From contig NC_134025.1 of the NCBI RefSeq assembly GCF_964204645.1, forward strand, positions 18,203,101 to 18,267,100: a stretch of 64,000 nucleotides of DNA, in the 5' to 3' direction. This document shows, piece after piece, positions 1 to 11,347 of the stretch (its first letter is position 1; each line of letters begins with the position of its first letter). Source of the DNA: Tubulanus polymorphus. Its lineage: Eukaryota; Animalia; Nemertea. A program made the translations under genes and the position numbers. The notes below the pieces were generated by a model, which was not told the DNA's origin, did not search any database, and was given only the letters and a program-made list of their open reading frames with translations.

Positions 1-63
1 AGATTTATAATTTTTAAGCCTTCTTGAATCAACAAATATTCTATATTCCTTTAATTCTACCAT
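1..63 (-). CDS. 5' end of a second penton (minor capsid) gene copy, running off the window
   Basis: Reverse strand reads TAAATG then MVELKEYRIFVDSRRLKNYKS, nearly identical to the N-terminus of ORF 17764 (MVELKEYRIFIDSRKLTNYKS). Confidence 0.85.
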   Translation of the reverse strand, partial: MVELKEYRIFVDSRRLKNYKS

Positions 64-334
64 TTATTTTACATATTTTATTCGAAATCTATATCATGGT
101 GCCCTTTTTCATTCTTACCTTTATATATAAAATAGAAATCACCTGAACATAATTCTTCAATATCTTCACTTGATAATCTATTAAATCTATCTGGTAAATA
201 TGTTCTGAATTTATATTTGATGATAAATTTAATGACCCACCACGTACGAGTATCCCAGAAACACCCGCCTATTTAAATGAAGAAATCCCACACTTCGAAT
301 TTAAAATTATACGATTAAATTTATTCTTACGAAA

Positions 335-376
335 CCACAACGTTTCGGCTGTTGACTAACAGCCATCATCAGGTGG
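335..376 (-). ncRNA. Minimal type I hammerhead ribozyme of the Penelope pLTR
   Basis: ccac-CUGAUGA-U-GGCUGUU-aguc-AACAGCC-GAAA-CG-UU-gugg: conserved core, 7-bp stem II, palindromic ACGU in place of stem III. Confidence 0.85.
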
Positions 377-1204
377 AATGACCAGAAAAACAAGTAACAA
401 AGCATATAAACTCACAGGATCTAAAATAGAAGCAGTGTGTCAAAATTGAAGATAAACAGACCAAGCAATAAAACATCAAGGGGTACCGTGGAAACCACAG
501 CAATTCTAAACAGTTCAGAGTAAAAACAAATTATGTAACTATTTGAAGTGGACTGAAGAGAGTGGCGATAACAGAGTGACACATAGTGACATTAACCCAA
601 ATCTAATAAAGAGTTGATGTGTCTGAATAATAATTGGTTATGTGGATAAAAACCAGTATTTAAATTAGTAGATAAATTGGATTTCGGAAGTTTACATATA
701 AGGGCTGATTCCACTATGTGTCTCTTATGAATATCTCTACAAGGATAGATTAGTTTCGAATTCTGAAAGTCAAATTGGTGATTGGTTGTAAAGACATGAT
801 TTGCTATTCCACTCTCAGGCTTTTGGTTGCGGATATCTATTTTGTGTTCTTTAATACGCTGACTGAGAGTAATTGGGAAAGTAGGCTTTCAGATCAGAGG
901 TCGAAGGTCGACCACTCATCACCACAAGTAATTTTTTTTCCTAATAAATAGGAGATAGAAAAGCATTCTTAGCAACAATAAATAACAGAATTAAACCAAC
1001 AAAAAAAAAATTTGAAATAAAAAAGTTAGTTGATGTTACAAAAGAAATTGAACATAAGATATTGAAATTAGAAAAGATAAAAACTAAATATGGAGAGAAA
1101 GTATCAGCGAATTAAGAAATAAAAATAAGTTTAGAAAAATTAAATTTTTTTTTTTTTCCTTTTTCCAAAAATAAACACACTTTTTAATATAAAAGCGCTA
1201 ATAA

Positions 1205-1430
1205 AATGATAAAATTGTTCAATATTAAAAGTGTGAGTATAATAATTTAGATTTTCAATATTAAAAGTGTGAGTAAAGTGTGAGTAAAATGATAAAATTG
1301 TTCAATATTAAAAGTGTGAGTAAAGTGTGAGTAAAATAATTGAGATTTTCAATATTAAAAGTGTGAATAAAGTGTGAGTAAAATAATTGAGATTTTCAAT
1401 ATTAAAAGTGTGAGTAAAGTGTGAGTAATA
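1205..1430 (+). repeat. Tandem repeats containing AAAGTGTGAGT (mirror copy ~7081-7320)
   Basis: Repeated TCAATATTAAAAGTGTGAGTAAAGTGTGAGTAAAAT units. Confidence 0.85.
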
Positions 1431-2101
1431 ATTTTGTTATAAAAATGAAGAAAGAAGAACCCAACTTCAAAATCGAAATCAATGAAACCAATAAATCATT
1501 TTCACAGTTTAACATTAGAAATTATATTTCAGCAACAAATTTAGTTTAAGGAAGACAATATAAAATTGATAATATTACTGTAATTAATCAAATATTATTA
1601 AATGAAACATATTTAATTACTGAACTAATAGATACTTTAGATAATGGCGCCAAAAATCCTAAAATATTTAATACAGTTTTAAATTATAAAGGTAATTTAG
1701 ATGAAAACATAATAAATATTCTTAAATTTCCTTTTAATGAAAGAGAAAGTGATATAATACTTTCAAAAGGTAATGATAGGATAGACTTAAGAATTGAAAA
1801 ACGACAATTATATTATTGTAATTTTGATAATAAACAAATTATTTATAATGAAAATACATCAAATATTGAAATTCAATGTGATTTAGAAAACAATAATTCT
1901 TTTAAAGATATTGCAATTCAGTGTGATTTAGAAAATAGTAAATCTTTTAAACATATCGCAATGCAATGTGATTTAGAAAATGAATTCAAAAGATTTAATC
2001 CTAATGAAAAAATTCATTGTTATTGCGGAGGTAAATATTCAAAATCACATAAATCAAAGCATTACCAAACAATTTAACATAAAAACTGGTGTAAAGAGTA
2101 A
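1421..2101 (+). pseudogene. Left-arm copy of the 226-aa cargo gene, with two nonsense codons
   Basis: Reverse complement of 6409-7089; TAA at ~1547 and ~2075. Confidence 0.85.
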
Positions 2102-2175
2102 CAATTCTACATTGAAAATAAATTAAATAGTCAAATAATTATTGAATTTAGTTAAATGATTTAAATATCTAATAG

Positions 2176-3510
2176 ACTGTTGAAATGATAAATTGTTTGG
2201 CTATTAAAATGATAAATTGTTTGACAGATTGAAATGATAAACTGTTTGACAGTTGAAATGATAAATTGTTTGACAGTTTAAATGATAAATTGTTTGACAG
2301 TTGAAATGATAAATTGTTTGACAGTTTAAATGATAAATTGTTTGACATTTGAAATGATAAATTGTTTGACTGTTGAAATAATTTGACAGTTGAAATGATA
2401 AATTGTTTGACAGTTGAAATGATAAATTGTTCGACTATTGAAATGATAAATTGTTTGACAGTTGAAATGATAAATTGTTTGACCGTTGAAATGATAAATG
2501 GTTTGACAGTTAAAATGATAAATTGTTTTGACAGTTTTAATGATAAATTGTTCGACTATTGAAATGATAAATTGTTTGACAGTTGAAATGATAAATGGTT
2601 TGACAGTTGAAATGATAAATTGTTTGAAAGCTGAAATGATAAATTGTTCGACAGTTGAAATGATAAATTGTTCGACTGTTGAAATGATTTGACAGTTGAA
2701 ATGATAAATTGTTTGACAGTTGAAATGATAAATTGTTTGACAGTTGAAATGATAAATTGTTTGGTAGTTGAAATGATAAATTGTTTGACAGTTGAAATGA
2801 TAAATTGTTTGACAGTTGAAATGATAAATTGTTCAACTGTTGTAATGATAAGACAGTTGAAATGATAAATTGTTTGACAGTTGAAATGATAAATTCTTTG
2901 ACAGTTGAAATGATAAATTGTTTGACAGTTGAAATGATAAATTGTTCGACTGCTGAAATGATAAATTGTTCGGCAGTTGAAATGATAAATTGTTTGACAG
3001 TTGAAATGATAAATTGTTTGACAGTTGAAATTATATATTGTTCGTCTGTTGAAATGATAAATTGTTCGGCAGTTGAAATGATAAATTGTTTGACAGTTGA
3101 AATGATAAATTGTTTGACAGTTGAAATGATAAATTGTTCGACTGCTGAAATGATAAATTGTTCGGCAGTTGAAATGATAAATTGTTTGACAGTTGAAATT
3201 ATAAATTGTTCGACTGTGGAAATGATAAATTGTGTGACAGTTGAAATGATAAATTGTTTGACAGTTGAAATGATAAATTGTTCGACTGTTGAAATGATTT
3301 GACAGTTGAAATGATAAAATGTTTGACAGTTGTAATGATAAATTGTTCGACTGTTGAAATGATGAGACAGTTGAAATAATAAAATGTTTGACAGTTGAAA
3401 TGATAAATTGTTTGACAGTTGAAATGATAAATTGTTTGACAGTTGAAATGATAAATTGTTTGACAGTTGAAATGATAAATTGTTTGACAGTTGAAATGAT
3501 AAATTGTTTA
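2176..3510 (+). repeat. 24-bp minisatellite (GACAGTTGAAATGATAAATTGTTT)n, left arm
   Basis: Direct inspection; explains the repetitive MINCLTVE ORFs. Confidence 0.95.
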
Positions 3511-3633
3511 GCTGTAAATTTAATTGTTATTTGATTTAATCATTTAAAAGTTTAATATTTTAAAAATGATTTTAAAATATTTAAATAAAAACAAGCAAAT
3601 GTTTATTAATTTTCTAATTTCTTTCTTAAATAA

Positions 3634-4171
3634 ATGGATGGTTTCATTCCAACTGGGAAAAGTGATTTAAAACATTATTAAGTTGCTGGAGGTTTAATTT
3701 TAGCTGCGCTTTACTTTTATTATGAAAATATTTCAAAAGATTTAATAAATGAAAATAATAAATTAAGCAAGAAATTAAAGAAGTTAAATACTAAAAATAG
3801 AAATAATTATAAAAACGGTAATAATCACAAGAAAATTGTTGAATCAGATTAAATAGTGAATTAATCTATTAAAATCTTTTTCTAATTAAATGAGTGAAAA
3901 TATATTAAATTTGTTAAATCTTATTTACAGAAATCAAGAGAAAATGGAATTAATTATGATGATTTCAGGGTTACTTTAATTTTCAGTTTATAGTTTGAAA
4001 CAATTGTTTCATTTTTATGATGATTGTAAAATAAAATATATTGAATTGAAAAATAATATCAATTACATTTCAGATAGAATGAATAATATTAAAAGATGCG
4101 AAATTTGTAGTAAAAAACAGAAGACGGAAAAAGGATTTAGAAATCATAAAATTAGGTATAAATTGGAATGA
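3634..4171 (+). pseudogene. Left-arm copies of the 72-aa and 93-aa cargo genes, one nonsense codon each
   Basis: Mirror of 4581-5118; TAA at ~3678 and ~3977. Confidence 0.8.
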
Positions 4172-4580
4172 TTAAATAACAAATTAAAGTAAAGAATTAA
4201 AAAAAAATCTCATTTATTGTGTAAAATTGACTAAAATTGAACTAAAATAGACAACTTTTTTAATCTAATGAAAGTTTAGTTATATTTTAGTTGAATTGTA
4301 ATTAAAGTTAGTTGCAACTAACTTCAACTAGAATTGAATAAAAAATTAAAAAGATTAACAAGACAGTTGATTTAGTGTATTTTTAGTCAATTCTAGTTAA
4401 ATTCTAGTTGAAGTTAGTTGCAACTAACTTTAATTACAATTCAACTAAAATATAACTAAAATTTCATTAGATTAACAAAGTTGTCTATTTTAGTTCAATT
4501 TTAGTCGTAGTTCAAAGTATTTCAATTTTACACAATAAATGAGATTTTTTTTAAATTCTTTACTTTAATTTGTTATTTAA

Positions 4581-4862
4581 TCATTCCAATTTATGCCCAA
4601 TTTTATGATTTCTAAATCCTTTTTCCGTCTTGTATTTTTTACTACAAATTTCGCATCTTTTAATATTATTCATTCTATCTGAAATGTAATTGATATTATT
4701 TTTCAATTCAATATATTTTATTTTACAATCATCATAAAAATGAAACAATTGTTTCAAACTATAAACTGAAAATGAAAGTAACCCTGAAATCATCATAATT
4801 AATTTCATTTTCTCTTGATTTCTGTAAATAAGATTTAACAAATTTAATATATTTTCACTCAT
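4581..4862 (-). CDS. 93-aa protein with a hydrophobic segment and a C-terminal C2H2 finger
   Basis: TAAATG start; LIMMISGLLSFSVYSL; CEICSKKYKTEKGFRNHKIGH. Confidence 0.7.
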   Translation of the reverse strand: MSENILNLLNLIYRNQEKMKLIMMISGLLSFSVYSLKQLFHFYDDCKIKYIELKNNINYISDRMNNIKRCEICSKKYKTEKGFRNHKIGHKLE

Positions 4863-4899
4863 TTAATAAGAAAAAGATTTTAATAGATTAATTCACTAT

Positions 4900-5118
4900 T
4901 TAATCTGATTCAACAACTTTCTTGTGATTATTACCGTTTTTATAATTATTTCCATTTTTAGTATTTAACTTCTTTAATTTCTTGCTTAATTTATTATTTT
5001 CATTTATTAAATCTTTTGAAATATTTTCATAATAAAAGTAAAGCGCAGCTAAAATTAAACCTCCAGCAACTAAATAATGTTTTAAATCACTTTTCCCAGT
5101 TGGAATGAAACCATCCAT
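4900..5118 (-). CDS. 72-aa single-pass membrane / basic-tail protein
   Basis: TAAATG start; YLVAGGLILAALYFYY; diverged homolog starting at 56331. Confidence 0.75.
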   Translation of the reverse strand: MDGFIPTGKSDLKHYLVAGGLILAALYFYYENISKDLINENNKLSKKLKKLNTKNGNNYKNGNNHKKVVESD

Positions 5119-5239
5119 TTATTTAAGAAAGAAATTAGAAAATTAATAAACATTTGCTTGTTTTTATTTAAATATTTTAAAATCATTTTTAAAATATTAA
5201 ACTTTTAAATGATTAAATCAAATAACAATTAAATTTACA

Positions 5240-6335
5240 GCTAAACAATTTATCATTTCAACTGTCAAACAATTTATCATTTCAACTGTCAAACAATTTA
5301 TCATTTCAACTGTCAAACAATTTATTATTTCAACTGTCTTATCATTTCAACAGTCGAACAATTTATCATTACAACTGTCAAACATTTTATCATTTCAACT
5401 GTCAAATCATTTCAACAGTCGAACAATTTATCATTTCAACTGTCAAACAATTTATCATTTCAACTGTCAAACAATTTATCATTTCAACTGCCGAACAATT
5501 TATCATTTCAGCAGTCGAACAATTTATCATTTCAACTGTCAAACAATTTATCATTTCAACTGTCAAACAATTTATCATTTCAACTGTCAAACAATTTATC
5601 ATTTCAACTGTCTTATCATTTCAACAGTCGAACAATTTATCATTTCAACTGTCAAACAATTTATCATTTCAACTGTCAAACAATTTATCATTTCAACTGT
5701 CAAACAATTTATCATTTCAACTGTCAAACAATTTATCATTTCAACTGTCAAATCATTTCAACAGTCGAACAATTTATCATTTCAACTGTCGAACAATTTA
5801 TCATTTCAGCTTTCAAACAATTTATCATTTCAACTGTTAAACAATTTATTATTTCAACTGTCAAATCATTTCAACAGTCGAACAATTTATCGTTTCAACT
5901 GTCAAACAATTTATCATTTCAACAGTCGAACAATTTATCATTTCAACTGTCAAACAATTTATCATTTCAACTGTCAAACAATTTATCATTTCAACTGTTA
6001 AACAATTTATCATTTCAACTGTCAAACAATTTATCATTTCAACTGTCAAACCATTTATCATTTCAACTGTCAAACAATTTATCATTTCAACATTCGAACA
6101 ATTTATCATTAAAACTGTCAAACAATTTATCATTTCAACTGTCAAACCATTTATCATTTCAACGGTCAAACAATTTATCATTTCAACTGTCAAACAATTT
6201 ATCATTTCAACTGTCAAACAATTTATCATTTCAACAGTCGAACAATTTATCATTTCAACTGTCAAACAGTTTATCATTTCAACTGTCAAACAATTTATCA
6301 TTTTAACAGCCAAACAATTTATCATTTCAACAGTC
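5240..6335 (-). repeat. 24-bp minisatellite, right arm (shorter than left)
   Basis: Reverse complement of the 2176-3510 unit. Confidence 0.95.
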
Positions 6336-6408
6336 TATTAGATATTTAGATCATTTAACTAAATTCAATAATTATTTGACTATTTAATTTATTTTCAATG
6401 TAGAATTG

Positions 6409-7089
6409 TTACTCTTTACACCAGTTTTTATGTTTAATTGTTTGGTAATGCTTTGATTTATGTGATTTTGAATATTTACCTCCGCAATAACAATGAATTT
6501 TTTCATTAGGATTAAATCTTTTGAATTCATTTTCTAAATCACATTGAATTGCGATATGTTTAAAAGATTTATTATTTTCTAAATCACACTGAATTGCAAT
6601 ATCTTTAAAAGAATTATTGTTTTCTAAATCACATTGAATTTCAATATTTGATGTATTTTCATTATAAATAATTTGTTTATTATCAAAATTACAATAATAT
6701 AATTGTCGTTTTTCAATTCTTAAGTCTATCCTATCATTAGCTTTTGAAAGTATTATATCACTTTCTCTTTCATTAAAAGGAAATTTAAGAATATTTATTA
6801 TGTTTTCATCTAAATAACCTTTATAATTTAAAACTGTATTAAATATTTTAGGATTTTTGGCGCCATTATCTAAAGTATCTATTAGTTCAGTAATTAAATA
6901 TGTTTCATTTAATAATATTTGATTAATTACAGTAATATTATCAATTTTATATTGTCTTCCATATACTAAATTTGTTGCTGAAATATAATTTCTAATGTTA
7001 AACTGTGAAAATGATTTATTGGTTTCATTGATTTCGATTTTGAAGTTGGGTTCTTCTTTCTTCATTTTTATAACAAAATTATTACTCAC
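6409..7089 (-). CDS. 226-aa cargo protein with three IQCDL repeats and a C-terminal Zn finger; true start may be the ATG of MKKEEP
   Basis: Open frame; homolog at 55444-56169; CYCGGKYSKSHKSKHYQTIKH. Confidence 0.8.
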   Translation of the reverse strand: MSNNFVIKMKKEEPNFKIEINETNKSFSQFNIRNYISATNLVYGRQYKIDNITVINQILLNETYLITELIDTLDNGAKNPKIFNTVLNYKGYLDENIINILKFPFNERESDIILSKANDRIDLRIEKRQLYYCNFDNKQIIYNENTSNIEIQCDLENNNSFKDIAIQCDLENNKSFKHIAIQCDLENEFKRFNPNEKIHCYCGGKYSKSHKSKHYQTIKHKNWCKE

Positions 7090-8278
7090 ACTTTACTCAC
7101 ACTTTTAATATTGAAAATCTCAATTATTTTACTCACACGTTACTCACACTTTTAATATTGAAAATCTCAATTATTTTACTCACACTTTACTCACACTTTT
7201 AATATTGAACAATTTTATCATTTTACTCACACTTTACTCACACTTTTAATATTGAAAATCTAAATTATTTTACTCACACTTTACTCACACTTTTAATATT
7301 GAACAATTTTATCATTTTATTAGCGCTTTTATATTAAAAAGTGTGTTTATTTTTGGAAAAAAGCAAAAAAAAAAAAAATTTAATTTTTCTAAACTTATTT
7401 TTATTTCTTAATTCGCTGATACTTTCTCTCCATATTTAGTTTTTATCTTTTCTAATTTCAATATCTTATGTTCAATTTCTTTTGTAACATCAACTAACTT
7501 TTTTATTTCAAATTGTTTTTTTCAAATGGTTTAATTCTGTTATTTATTGTTGCTAAGAATGCTTTTCTATCTCCCATTTATTTGGAAAAAAAATTACTTG
7601 TGGTGATGAGTGGTCGACCTTCGACCTCTGATCTGAAAGCCTACTTTCCCAATTACTACTGAGATTACGTCTCGTTTCGCCGATGTACATCATATTACAG
7701 TCTTTACACGGTATCTTATAGACCCCGGACTCAATTAGCTCACTGTTGGGTTTATTTTTGGTTAAAACATTAGTGAGTTTGTTATTATACTGAAAGACTA
7801 ATCTAGTGTCGATGGTGCTTAATGTGGATTTAAAGCGTCCAACGTAGGTAAATACGGGATTATAATATTCTTTTGAGCTCTGCGCTTTGTGGTCAGGTCG
7901 TTACGTCCAAAGTGAGAAATTCGGGCTTTGAAATAAGCTTTGTTCAAAATTTTGTCTGGATAGGCTAGTTTCTTGAGAGCAGTTCTTATATGTTTGATTT
8001 CTTTATCTAAAAACGTTTCATCACAAATAAGTAGAGCTCGAAGAAATAATCCTTGGGCTATTCCAATTTTGATGTTCAAAGGAGTAAATGAGAAAAAATG
8101 AAGATAAGCTTCAGCGTTAGTCGGTTTTCGATATACAGAGAATTTCAAATTTGTTTTAAAATAATGATGCAATTATTTTCTTCCCACTCACAAGTGAAAT
8201 TCAAAGTAGGATATAAAGAGTTTAAATAATGTAAGAATCCATTCACATTAAAATCGGGGGAAACTAAACAAAGAATAT

Positions 8279-9543
8279 TGATACACCGGTCACAATCCTC
8301 TCTTTAATCGTTATCTATAAAATACTTGAGTAAGGTCCTGGCGAGAGAACGTGTCCGTGCACAAATCCGAATGAATGAATTGAAATACCGGATGATAATA
8401 TTGAAGATAATATATTTTAATTACCTTGAACAAAGAATGATTTTCCTAATCCCTATTGTATATGAATCCCTATCGTTCCGAAGCTTCTCCTGTCCTGCTG
8501 TCGACACTCGTCTTACTAAGGTACAGATTCTCTCCTCTCTCTCGATAGCGGCCCCCTTTCGTAGAAAGAACCGGCATTCTCAGAATTCCGATTCTCCCAC
8601 GCAGGGTCTTCCGCTTTTTGGCAAGGAGCAGCTACCCAACTGTCATGACCGTTTTTAGTTACGGAAAATTTAGCCCTACTGATTTGCTGATCTAAGGGTT
8701 TTTTAGAAACTGATTTGCCGATATAAACTTTTTCTTCCAACCCTCCTGTCATGACGCGTTGTCATTTACTCACTCCTTGCTAGTCGTTGTTGAGAGAGCA
8801 GCTATTGTCTCTGAATTACCAACGAGCGCATACAGACAACAGAAACTTCAGACAGCTAGTTTTAACATTTAACACAAATTAATTTTTCTAAAACATTAGC
8901 GATTATTAACAATTTGTTCTTAAACAACATCTAGATTACTCAAATTAAATATCTTTTCAAAACTTTGTTTTCTTTTCTAATTACAGTACAAATTCATTGT
9001 TTCTTTTTTAATTATTATAATTAACTACAATTCGGAATACATTGTGATTGATTATCAATTCTTAAATTATTTGAAATACTTATACTAATTATTTTATCTA
9101 CAATTTAACTAATTCTATTTTAATACAGGATAAGCAAAACAACCACATCTTCCTAAACTTCCGGTTTTTCCTTTTACGGAAAGTAGCCGGGAATATCATC
9201 AAGTATCAGCGTGATCCCTTCACGAGCCTCATTATAAATACACTCCATTGTTCCGACCCAACCAAATATGGTTCCAACTATTTAAAAGTTTTATATAAAG
9301 ATTTTCTGAATGTTTGCCAGATCTCACAGCAGAAAAACCGAGAAAGAATTGTTGTTTATAGACTGATTTATGGTTTGCGTTGGTAGATGAAAGCATCAAA
9401 CAAGAACTTTCGTAATTCTTACTACTAGTACGTTCTTGTCTGACGGCTTTAACGTAACCCCCACGCATACGGAAACAACATTAAGAACATTTCTAAATAC
9501 TACGAAACATTTTCAAATACTACGAAAATCTAGCTGTGGATCA
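8279..9543. mobile_element. Solo LTR (Ty3/gypsy-like), 1265 bp
   Basis: TG...CA ends; 4-bp TSD ATAT (8275-8278, 9544-9547); sits at the Penelope YVDD|I junction; inverted second copy at 30386-31642. Confidence 0.85.
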
Positions 9544-9653
9544 ATATCATCCACGTAACGTCGCCAAATTTTGGGTCTACTTGTTCGACTGTTGAAATGA
9601 TTTGACAGTTGAAATGATAAATTGTTTGACAGTTGAGAATTTCACTTTCGACA

Positions 9654-10065
9654 TGTTCCAAAAATAAACCGGCAAGAACATTCGACAACTAACTCGCCTA
9701 TTTATACTACTTAACAGTGGGGAATCCCCAGCTGCGTGTTGAGACGTGTAAATTATAAGGCTTGTGATTGGTTAGTGTAGTTTTCTAGAACCATCTAGAA
9801 TCAACAGTAATGGGGAATACTCAACGTGTCGGGGATTTGTGTAAGGGTTAATTACAGCTAGGGGGTTAACGTTCTGTTTGGCTGGTCAGTGTACAGGTGG
9901 ATGCACGCTGGCTATTGGTCAGTCGTGACAATTGGGTCAGGGGCTTAGTCAGTCTTTATATCAATGTATTATAGAGTATAAGTTTAGTTGGCAAATAAAG
10001 TGTGTGGAGATCACACAGACATTTATATTGAATCACGTCTTGACTTCTCACAGATCGTACCCACA
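9654..10065 (+). mobile_element. 5' LTR of a BEL/Pao retrotransposon, followed by a PBS
   Basis: TGTT...CA ends, internal AATAAA, TGGTCCCTCGGAGC PBS-like sequence at 10073, gag downstream. Confidence 0.7.
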
Positions 10066-10193
10066 TGCTTTTTGGTCCCTCGGAGCGCGGAGATGTGAGT
10101 CCATACTCAAAACCTGGATTTATGACTTTATACTTTAACTTAATGTTCATACGCAAGACATGGATATAAGGTGTTTTATCGTATTTCGTCGAG

Positions 10194-11231
10194 ATGTCTG
10201 AAAAGAGGTTAACAAGACGACGTGGAGGCCATTATGCGGCCGCAGGTAAACTAATTAAAGAGGCAGATGCGATTATTGTGACTCAAACCGTTCAAAGACC
10301 GGATTTATTGCGTTTAGAAAGAATTTTTCGAGTTTAAATGATCAATTGGATTATATCGCAGTATTGGACTTGGAGATTTTGGACGCTATCGACGATGATG
10401 CGGCATATGAAACCAGTTTTTCAACGTATTCAGACGAACTACTTAAACTTCGAGACAAGCACCTTACTTACGGTCAATATGTTTCTGAAAAAACTGCGAA
10501 ACCGGTGCCACCTACTCCTGGTGATAAATCAAAAGTGCGATTACCTCACTTGTCTTTACCCAAATTCAGTGGGAAAATTCTAGAATGGGAACAGTTCTGG
10601 GACGGTTTTAAGGCTGCGGTGCATGATATTTCGGAAACTCTTATACCTGGGGTGCAGAAATTTCAGCATTTGCGTAATCAATTGGAAGGTGATGCTAAGA
10701 ACTGTATTGCGGGTTTATCGTTAACCGCCGCTAATTACACTGCGGCGATAGTACTGTTAAAAGATCGTTATGGTCAAATTCATAAGATCGTATCTGCTCA
10801 TCTGAAAGAATTAGTGGACTTACAAGCTCCTGCTGATTCACCATCGAGTTTCCGGACATTTCGTGACTCTATAGAGTCTCATATAAGGTCGTTAGACGCG
10901 CTTGGTAAAAGTTCTGATTCTTATGGCGATATGTTATCATCTGTAATTCTGCATAAGTTACCGAGATCCGAGAGTTAGAAGAAATTTAATTCGTTCTCGC
11001 GGAAATAAAGAGTTATCGTTACAGCAATTGCGTGATTTTATGTCGGAGGAACTGGAAATTATGAATGCGGGATTAGATTACACTGTAGATGACTCTAGTG
11101 AACTTACGGATATTTCTAGTTTACCGGTTTTCGACAATAATCAACAAAACAGCAGTAATAAGTCTACGAAGAATCTCAAATGTGGATTATGCGATAAACA
11201 ACATAAAGTTACCGACTGTAATCTAAACGGG
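10194..11231 (+). pseudogene. BEL/Pao gag (DUF1759-like), disrupted and cut off by the Maverick left end
   Basis: VRLPHLSLPKFSGKILEWEQFWDGF...QKFQHLRNQLEGDA...LLKDRYG; CGLCDKQHKVTDC knuckle; internal stop and frameshift. Confidence 0.9.
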
Positions 11232-11347
11232 AGTAATTAGAATATGTGGGTTTCATACCAGAGGACGAGAGGACGAGACACCACTCATCACCACAAGTAA
11301 TTTTTTTTTTCCTACTCATCACCACAAGTAATTTTTTTTCCTAATAA

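Larger units (their letters stand above)
868..7657. mobile_element. Non-autonomous fold-back Maverick/Polinton derivative (6790 bp, nearly the whole element is a palindrome)
   Basis: Ends AGTAATTGGG...CCCAATTACT; 6-bp TSD ACTGAG at 862-867 and 7658-7663; arms ~868-4334 and ~4400-7657 are reverse complements. Confidence 0.93.
231..9580 (-). mobile_element. 5'-truncated Penelope-like retroelement (RT + GIY-YIG), split by two insertions; left boundary approximate
   Basis: Joined pieces 9544-9580, 7658-8278 and ~596-867 give WRRYVDD|ILCLV...VYRKPT...GVYKIPCKDCNMMYIGETRRNLS|QRIKEH...SGIANHV; hammerhead in the 3' tail. Confidence 0.9.

Noticed and set aside
2537-6325. Repetitive ORFs (MINCLTVE)n and (NNLSFQLS)n, and a possible CRISPR-like array
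   Set aside because: They are translations of a 24-bp minisatellite. There are no unique spacers and no cas genes, and the context is eukaryotic.
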